The notes below the pieces were generated by a model. The model ran no database searches. It worked only from the letters and a program-made list of their open reading frames with translations, and was not told the DNA's origin. DNA of 64,000 nucleotides from Macrostomum lignano (Eukaryota), in contig NIVC01001843.1 of assembly GCA_002269645.1 (NCBI GenBank), positions 1 through 64,000 on the forward strand, read 5' to 3'. The position numbers and the translations under genes were made by a program. Shown here one piece after another: positions 55,334 through 64,000 of the stretch (the stretch's first letter is position 1; each line of letters opens with the position of its first letter).

Positions 55334-55853
55334 CTCAGTAATATCAGACGAAGTAGAGCTGTCGGAGCAAGATTTGCCCTTGTGCCTAATGATCAGCTTG
55401 GGTGTCACATGGGTAGTACAATATTCCAAAGGAACCTTGCACTTGGGATTGCTCCTAGCATAGCTCCGGAACATCTTTGTCACTTTTGCCGCTGTCTGCT
55501 GCATGTTAATGGCCATGGCACCCTCACCCTACTCTGTCAGCTGCTCTTACTCAATAGCCATAATTGGCTAATACCACAGAATCTCATCTTTAGATTTAAT
55601 GTCGCTGGGTATGCGAAGCCAACTAATGAACTGGCAGAGGAAGAAGCAGTAGTTAAATTTGTAATTGCCCCTTTCATTCACAATTCTGGATAGTCTCTGC
55701 AATAAGGCCATCCTAGCATTTCCAAACAAATCCATAGACAAACAGCCTGTAAGGCTGTATGTAGTATACTCGTAGAATGGCTTGTTGGTGACATAGGCCA
55801 TATACTCCAGAATTTGATAGGCCAACTTATGTTGCTCTCCTGATACCAGCATC
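55334..55853 (-). pseudogene. Exon-like coding remnant of unknown family with three in-frame stops
   Basis: Acceptor ..CTTCTAG and donor GAG|GTTTGA; one ~170-codon frame interrupted by TAG 55570-55568, TAA 55549-55547 and TAG 55531-55529. Confidence 0.4.
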
Positions 55854-55870
55854 CTAGAAGCAGAGACATA

Positions 55871-57179
55871 CAGGGTGAGCATAAAGTAACTCCCTATTTT
55901 GATTAATAAAACAATGTACATTATATTTATTTATTCTCAAAAAAATTATCATAAAAGGTAGGCATATATGGAAAGTTATCTCTAAAATTCAATATGTGCC
56001 CCAGATCTTTCCACCAGCTGCTGCAAACGTTCAGGAATAGTATCCACTGACTTTCTTAGAAACTCCATTGGGATGGTGGACATGACACATGACTCCCCTT
56101 ATTCGATCCTCCAGTTCTTCGAGTGTCGGTTTGGAGCAGTAGACTTCTTCTTTTACCCAACCCCAAAGAAAAAAGTCGCAGGGTGTCAAATCCAGGCTCC
56201 TGGATGGCCATTCATGTGGGCCACAATGTCCCAACCAACGCCCTGGAAAGCGAGCATCCAGCCATTCACGGACAACAAGAGCAAAGTGTAGTGGGGCGCC
56301 ATCTTGCATAAATATTAACTTGTCAATGTTCTGACAACTGGCCAGACTCTATCACGCAACATATCAAGGTATCATTCACCCCCCCTGGTGTTGCACAGAA
56401 GAAATGGGCCCACAACCTGATCTGAGATGATACCATACCACACCATTACTTTGGGTTGATTTAGCTGTTTTTCAACTGTCATCATAGGACCCTCTCCTGC
56501 CCAGTAGTGGCAGTTGTGACAGTTGACAAAGCCTCCAATGTGAAACACAGCCTCATCAGTCCAGAGGATGTTGCAGAAAAGATGGGGCCCCTCTTCATAC
56601 CAAGCTAGCATGATTTCTCCAAACTCCATGCGAATGTCACAGTCTTCATCCGAGAGAGATTGGCAGTAGTGCAGCTTCCACGCACGCCAGTTCAACTCTT
56701 TCTTGAGCACAGTTTGCACTGTGTAGTGGGTGAGTCCACTTTCCCAAGCTGCCTGGTGAGTTGATTTTCCTGGATTATGCTGAAACATTGCTTGGACTAT
56801 GTGCACTGTTTCCTAGGTCGTGGATGTCTAAGGGTGTCCACTTCTGCGAACATCTACCACAGATCCTGTGGTCATGAGCTTCACGTAAAAGTTTCTTATT
56901 GTTTTTGGATCCACTTGTGCACGTGGTCCATGAATAGTCCGCCACCATTGTTGAACTTGTACGACAGATTGCCAAACTTCATATTGTGACGCCAACTGGG
57001 CACGCTCCTGAAGTGTTAACTGCTGAGCCATGTTACAGTTTTATCTGAAATCAAGTACAAAACTATCAATAAAATTGTACTATTTGAGAGAATTAATCAT
57101 AAAAACATGACAAAGCAGTAACAAATTATATACAATTTATTAGTAATTTAAAATAGGGAGTTACTTTCTGCCCACCCTG
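55871..57179 (-). mobile_element. Decayed Tc1/mariner element of the rosa (DD41D) group
   Basis: TIR CAGGGTG(A/G)GCA(T/G)AAAGTAACTCCCTATTTT with TA TSD. Transposase has an HTH region, WTDEAVFH, QDGAP and PCDFFLWG, with 41 residues between the 2nd and 3rd Asp (counted by hand). Stops and a frameshift are present. Confidence 0.92.
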
Positions 57180-57337
57180 TAGTTTGCATTAATCTTTTTA
57201 ATTGAATTCAACTCTACCAATTAGGCAAAGAGCCCAGTTGAACACTTGGATTAATTCCGCAGGTTTACGCTTGAAAAGTGAAGTACAGTTGTTTGCTAGT
57301 TTCTAGTTTGTCTTGGGTGGCCTAGCTGTAGGTCTTG

Positions 57338-58405
57338 GAATCCCACCGCTGCCACCAATGAAGTACAGGCTTCTGCGCTGTCAACTAGAGATGGCCTAGT
57401 AGGTCTCCTGGTGCAGGGCGAAGACCTCTAGCTGCCAGTTTCTCAGAAACTACTTGTAGCGTAGGTAGCGCTGCCACCAGCTCGCTCGGATCTTGTCCTT
57501 CAATGAGGGAGACTCCGGGCTGAGCAAAATAAATGAGACACGCAAACTCAGCACGCCATGTAGATTTGACAGCTCGCACTGGTGCACACCTCGTCAGCGG
57601 TCCTGCCGGGCTCAAGTGTGGGGATAAAGAACTGTGCTAGTTTATTGTTAGCTTGGTCGGGAGTCTAGCACAAGCTTAGACACACAGTCAATGATAGATC
57701 AGAAGTCAGAATGGAGTTTGCAAAGACTAGCGCGAGATGCATGAGTCTTAAAGTTTGAGCAAAACTTAGCCCAGCCTCATACACGAAGGCGGATAAGCGA
57801 GAGGTTGCCAAACAGAGGCACAAGAGGCTCGTACTTATAGGATAGCAGATCAATTTCACCATACCAGGCAACACTCCATTGCGCCAGAGTGCGCAAGGCT
57901 GCTCTCACTGCGCCCCTCAACCTGGCGTGATTCAGTTCTATTTTTAGAAACAAGCGTGGAGCCCCACCTGAGAGGCAAGGACGCTATTCCTAATTTAGAG
58001 ACTGACACCCAAGATTACACAAGGCTGCATAAAAAAAGGACAGAACACCGGGGGCACGTGATCCGCTACCATATAGGCTGGACAGAGAGAACAAACGCAG
58101 CCACACAAGAAAGGGGGGAGAGAGGCCAGACAGACAATGAATCAAGGACAGGCTGAGCGGAGAAGCTCAGACACTGGGAACAAAAATGAACCAGAAAAGG
58201 GGGGAAGGAGAAGAGAGCGCAGGCAGACAAAAGGACAACAGGAGGGAGAGGGAGAGAGGGAGCGGAAGAGGGGGAAAGAAGGGGAAAGGGAGAGGGAGAA
58301 GGAGAGGGGAAGGGAAAGCTGCGGCTAGCGGCAGCCAACAGCTCAGAAGGGCGCAGGGCACAGCTGACAAAGGGGGCACCTAACACTAAACTAGTGCTCA
58401 CTTCA
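57338..58405 (-). mobile_element. LTR with tRNA-Leu PBS, related to the element at 36984-37925; no internal coding region
   Basis: PBS TGGTGGCAGCGGTGGGATTC (57357-57338), TATA-like CCTATAAG, AATAAA, and shared blocks such as GAGCTGGTGGCAGCGCTACCTACGCTAC. Confidence 0.65.
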
Positions 58406-59229
58406 AAAGTAAAAAGTGTTTTTGCAGTTCTAGCCTTGTCCTATGATAGTCCGGACAGTGAGGACTGATAAATATCTTATCAGTTAAGATTCAGATTTAC
58501 AATGCTGCTGGAGTATTTAGAAACCACTTTTTTAACTATACATGAAAAATCACCCTACATATATGGGAATTCACCCTAAATGTTGATTTACCACATTCTT
58601 AGTAGGGTAAAATTGTATGTGTGGTAAAATTGTGAATTCAGTCTTAGAATTAAATTAATGAAAACATAATAATCAAATTTAAATTAGGACTATACTCTAT
58701 ACTATAAATATACTAGAGCTAATAGATTTTGAATAAGCTAGACCTATTCAAAGCTAGAAGCTATTGCAAACTTTAATAAGTGCTCCTTATTAATTAATGC
58801 CAATGGCAATGGCTAAGTAGTAAGTCAAATATTTTATTTCAGTGCTTGATAGTTTGAATTTTATATATTAGACTAATTTGTCAATATTCACAGTAATACT
58901 TTTACTAAATGCTAGGTCTATACTCTATATTTATTAAATAAAGGTCAATATCAACATTAAGTATTAGTTATTTATTTGAGTTGCTAATGCATTTTGTCCA
59001 ATATTGGACATCTTCAGGATCAAAATTTATTTGAGCCAAATTATTTAATGCAAACAATATATATAGTAAGTGGAGAGAAATATGAAATTAGATGTAATTT
59101 TGATGGTTTAAAAGCTTGTACATATTAATCGAAAGTGGAAGCATTATTGGTAGGGGGAGAGTGCATGTTGGTTTTATTCTAGTCCAGTTATTAGCAAGGT
59201 AAACTAAAATCTGCAGAGTTGACAGCTAG

Positions 59230-60015
59230 CCCCACCTATTGCAAGTTGATTATTTAACATGGGCTGTCTCATTTTAATGTACAAGGCTTCTAATAGACAG
59301 AGCATGTGATCTCTATTGCAAAAATCAATAGCCTTAATCATCTCATGTGGATCAGCATCACAACAATTGTTGCAAGTTAGTAGGTGTTTGTTAATGACAA
59401 GAGTTTTTTAGCCAGTGCTCTCTAACCCTTGTGTACAGGTGTCATTTAGTTTTCCCAATATAGGAGATGCTCTGGTCCTCAGAGCAAATAAATTTGTACA
59501 CAATACCTGCCATGAGAAGACAAGGAACACTAGATTTCAGCCTTTAGACAAACTTAGCAACCTTTTCAATGCTTTACAATACCTTAACAACCTTTACAAT
59601 ATGGATTTGAGTGTTTAAGTCTTGATGGAATAGCTTTTCAATCTTCTTTTTGAACTCAATAGAAACAAACCCCAAAGAAAGCTAAAGTGATCAAGGGACA
59701 ATTAGAGGTGGATTCATGAACTTTAATCTAAGTAGGTTCAGTCAGTTTGTCATTGAGAAAAGTGTTGACGATGTTCAACACAAAGTTTTTAGGGTAGCCA
59801 TTATAGCTAAGCTAGTTAGTGAGGATTTCAACTTCATTGTGAAAGAGCCTCTAGGAACTGCAGATGGAAAAGGCCTGATGAAGAACGCAGTGAACTAATC
59901 CAACTTTCCATTGTAGGGTATAGGGTATCAAACCTAAGCATAAGCCTGGTAAAGCTAGGTTTCCTAAACACACTGGTAGAAATAGTTTCTTTGGTGGCAT
60001 CAATGTCAATATCAA
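59230..60015 (-). mobile_element. Decayed Penelope-like element (RT C-terminus plus GIY-YIG endonuclease)
   Basis: VFRKP, FHNEVEIL...NGYPKNFV, then GIVYKFICSEDQSISYIGKTK*HLYTRVREH and LEALYIK..QP.LN, with stops and frameshifts. Confidence 0.8.
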
Positions 60016-60769
60016 TTGACCTTTAGCTAGCTAGGCCTAGGCCACTTGCCCTTTCCCCCCTTTACATATATGATTGTATTGCTAATTGGAGCTAAATTAG
60101 GCTTCAGAACAGCAGAAGCTATAGGCTTAGAATTAGATACAAGACCTAAGAATTAGCTGTCAAAGCCTATATCAATATATCAAACCAAGGGCAAAATTAA
60201 ATGTCTGTTCTAATTGCTTTCTATGCTTTGTAAATTGAAAAGACCTATATACAATATACCCTATATAGTAGGCCTATATAGGTGGTTAGGCCTGCTTTTA
60301 TTAAATATTTTAAAGTATTATAAATAGACTGTTCCCTGAAAACAGTAATAAACAGTTCTTATTCTGAATTAAACACTGTACAGTTTGCAATGCAACTAGT
60401 AATATTGCAATAACATTTAAACTTCTTTCCACTATTTGAACTTATCTATCAATCTATATTAAAAAAATTTTAATTATGTGTAAAAATTTTTTCATTGGAC
60501 TTATACATAAGCCCCCTTTTAATTGAATAGAAAACATGTCACTGTGGCACATGAAATAACATTTACCTGATCTTATACACTCATTTTTGTACCTTTAGTC
60601 TGGGTTTTAATCAATGCCACTTGGGTGGTTGGGCAGCTCTCCACCCCACCCCACTCTTTATCCCCACCACATTTCCCAGCAAATGAATAGTTTTAGAAAG
60701 AGAAACTGTCAGCAGACAAAACAACTCTGGCATCCCCTAAACCCTATATCTTTTCTAGGCTATCCTATA

Positions 60770-61050
60770 TTCTATGTCCCTTCTAGGCTATCTTATATCC
60801 TATATCCTATACTCCTTCCTAACTATCCTACAAGTATATCCCTTGCTTTTGCCCCTTTCTATTCTAGGGTATCTCATATATCATATCCCTTGGGCCCTTC
60901 CCCCTCTCTAATCTAGGCTATCCTATACCCTATGCTATATGCCCCTTTTAGGCTATCGTATATCCTATATCCTTTATCCCCAGGTTATCCCATATACTCC
61001 ATGTCCCCTATAGGCTATCCTATATCCCTTGCCCTCTTCAGGCTATCTTA
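60770..61050. repeat. Degenerate (TAGGCTATCCTATATCC..)n tandem repeat
   Basis: Recurrent TAGGCTATC cores. Confidence 0.7.
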
Positions 61051-61454
61051 TCCCTGGTATAGGTACCTGCCTATATTAGTCATTAGTAAGTGATTATGCA
61101 AACATTAGAAATCAACTTACAAGCATACAATATAATTTGGTAGCTTTCTCTTATAATAGACTCTCAATATGGTTTTAGAAAAAGATAATTTAGAAGCAAT
61201 ATTTTGAAAATTGTTACAAGTGAAAATATGTTCTCCAATATACATATAGAATAAATGTCCTTTGCCTTTTATTAAGTAATAAAGAATGATGAATGCAGCA
61301 AAAAATCATTGTTCAGCAAAATAAAACCAAAAATATACCAATAAATGTGGTTACAGATTGAGATGGTATCTTTTTTAGGTGCAAATGAAATGAAAATTGC
61401 TATCATTGTTATTGACCATCATTAGTAAAAATTTAATATTGAGCAATTTCTTAG

Positions 61455-61598
61455 CCAAGATGCATGTACCGTCCCAGGAAAATTTCTGATCGAATGGTGC
61501 AAGTTTGAAGAAAATCGGTTGAGCCATTTTTTCTGAAATCTATCGCATACCTACCTACCTACCTACCCACAGACAACTCATTTTTAGTATATAGGATT
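61455..61598 (+). mobile_element. Short Helitron/Helentron-derived (Lep1/DINE-like) interspersed fragment
   Basis: AAGTTTGAAGAAAATCGGTTGAGCC..(CCTA)n..CAGACAACTCATTTTTAGTATATAGGA resembles this class of non-autonomous elements; recognised by pattern only. Confidence 0.4.
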
Positions 61599-64000
61599 TC
61601 TTGTCATGCTTGCAAAGCTAAAAATATTATTTAATGCTACATAACTATTGGGCTCATTCCATATAAGCACAGTCATAACGTGACAGGCTATATTTACTTA
61701 TAAAATGAAATATAATAATAGATTATACTAAACCAATATTTCAAATGAAAGATTATTTTGTCTAGAATATATTTATAGAGTTTCATATAGATATCATACT
61801 TAGTATAGATGCTATTAAACCTTAAATGACACTTATGGTCGTAACAACAGGATTTTTGACATATAGAAACTAAAAGGTAAAAGTCTTATAACATTTTTCA
61901 TTTTGGATATTTTACAATACATTTTTAAAATTTGACTAAGAACATCTTTAGAAATCATACTCTTTTATTAGAATATATAAACTCAAAAGGCAACAAAGAT
62001 ACAAAAGAAAAGGCAGTACTTTGAGGTACTAATACATTAAAAATATAATAGATTATTTGGTCACCAATGCTTTTATCTGATGATGCAAGTACTATACTTT
62101 TATCTATAGTTTGTTTCAACCTTCAAAAGCTTTCTATTTGTTTTTAAAAGGTACAAAATCTTAATGATGTCTTTTGCTTCAAAAAATGTCAAAAATTTTA
62201 CAAAAATGACTTTTTGCCAATTGATAACATACTAATCCAACATTTTACCTTTCCTTTATTCTTAGATTGTATATATTGCACATAAAAAACATTTGGTAAA
62301 AAAATAGGCTAATAAGGCAATGGCAAGCAAAAATATTGACTTTTTTCTGTTTTCCAAACATGTCCATCTTATATGGAATGAGCCATTGGTTTTCTTCTCT
62401 TTCATATTCATAAATATCTAATATTACTTCATACTTGAAAGCTAGATGATAGTACAAAGTGGCAACATAGTAGCCAGATAAATTCTCTTAATACAAACAG
62501 AAAAAAAACTATTTTCACTTGAAGATGCTTTTTTATACAGCTAATAGCAAGCCCTATCTCACAAATTAACTTATTTCCTGAGGCCAGTTTCTCTAATGAC
62601 AGGCTATTTTGCTGCTTCCAAGTTTAAGTTGGAATTTCTCCTTGGATTTTTCTTTATATGTAGCAAAACCAAATAGTTGGCAATGTAAATGAGGTTTTAT
62701 ATACAGAAACAAAAAAAAACGAAATTTCAACATCATAGCTATATATAGAATAAAGGCAAATACAATACATATTGATTTTATAAAAACTTTTGGTAAATGC
62801 TATATAGCTATTGATTAGCATGGTATTGTTGAAAAAATATTTGTCTTGAGTATATACACATTTAACATTATTTATATTTTAAGCTAAGTGTGGTATCATT
62901 TACTTAATGCTTATACTTACTAATACTAATACAGTGTACAAGCAAAAAGCATAGGATAGTCTATATAAATACACAACCTTGAGAATCACTTAGTCATTTC
63001 TATTGGCAACATATATATAAATATATATATATATAAATAAGTTGCTAATGGCTAAAAGTAGTCATATAACTACTATTTTATCCATGCAACAATTGACAAC
63101 TAGGCTTAAAAAGTCTTTATTAAAGAGCTACTCAATAATATACAAAGCAATTTAAATTGAATAATTATGTATATTTAATAAATGTTTTATAAGATAGTAT
63201 TTCATTCTTAATCTTGATTCTTAAGAAGATTGGAAAATTGCATTCTATTTTATATTTTAAATTCATGTAACTTTGCCTAGGAAGAGCCTAGTTAGGGCTT
63301 TAAATCTATATATTAACCTATTACCTAAATGTTGCTATATTACCTATGTTATTAGATAGGCCTCTAGCTCAATTGCTTCATTAAATGTTAAGGCTTAATT
63401 GTTGGTTTTAAAATTGTTCTAAAAGTTTTCTAATTCTAATACCAATGGTAATGCTAATAGCTTATTTCTAATAGCCAAATTTCTGAAAAGTTTTTTCATA
63501 ATGTTTTCATAATAGTTTGAAAACTTATTTTTATGGCAATGTGACATTTTGGCTACTGTCTTTAGCTTCATCATCTTTTCTGTTATTATCAGTTGTACTG
63601 CTTATCAGTGTCCATTGTCACTGACTTTGTTGCCATTGCTAGGCAAAAGAGAAAGCTATATTTCTTTTAAGTAGTTTTGTTGAGACCACTTTGGAGTCTT
63701 GGTCTGGCCATCACCCAAAGTGCTATGTGCAGACATTTATAATTAAAATTATGCCTTTTGTATGCCATTTTAGGGGATAAATATTGCTGCTTCATTTTAT
63801 ATATGGCTTGAAACACTGGTTGATGCAGTAACAGTGGGATTGAACAAAACAATTTAGTCTTACTTGAGCTCTTGGTTGACAAAGCAATTGCAACTTTATG
63901 CATCTAAACCATATATTTATAGGGGATTTTAGTAAAATGCTGATTGCTCTTAGTCATCCTTTGAAAAATGCATATGCTTTACAAAGGCAGAAATGGAAGC

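Noticed and set aside
57338-57357. tRNA-Leu 3'-end match (GAATCCCACCGCTGCCACCA) as a tRNA gene
   Set aside because: Only 20 nt including an encoded CCA, no cloverleaf upstream, and it abuts an LTR, so it is a primer-binding site (same at 37905)

Overview
Eukaryotic (metazoan) genomic DNA in two very different halves. The left half (1 to ~35.5 kb) is gene-bearing, with GC-rich exons separated by introns filled with mini/microsatellites. It holds two tandem, divergent TTLL10-like tubulin glycylase genes (+), an NHLH/NSCL bHLH gene (+), a truncated RNase H-bearing non-LTR retrotransposon and a complete 5-exon ABCE1 gene (-). This style resembles Macrostomum-type flatworm genomes, which is an inference only. 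The right half (~35.5-64 kb) is AT-rich, CpG-poor and made mostly of transposons. It contains a three-layer nested insertion whose core is a 7,268-bp foldback-like element with ~3-kb inverted arms, each carrying an unidentified ORF. It also contains a very young 5,644-bp non-autonomous LTR element (tRNA-Leu PBS, degenerate gag, no pol) carrying an intact orphan 317-aa ORF, plus decayed hAT, rosa/DD41D mariner, Penelope and LTR remnants. Most long ORFs in the supplied track are translations of tandem repeats. No rRNA, tRNA or CRISPR features were found. Gene models and alignments were made by eye, and tandem-repeat boundaries are approximate.
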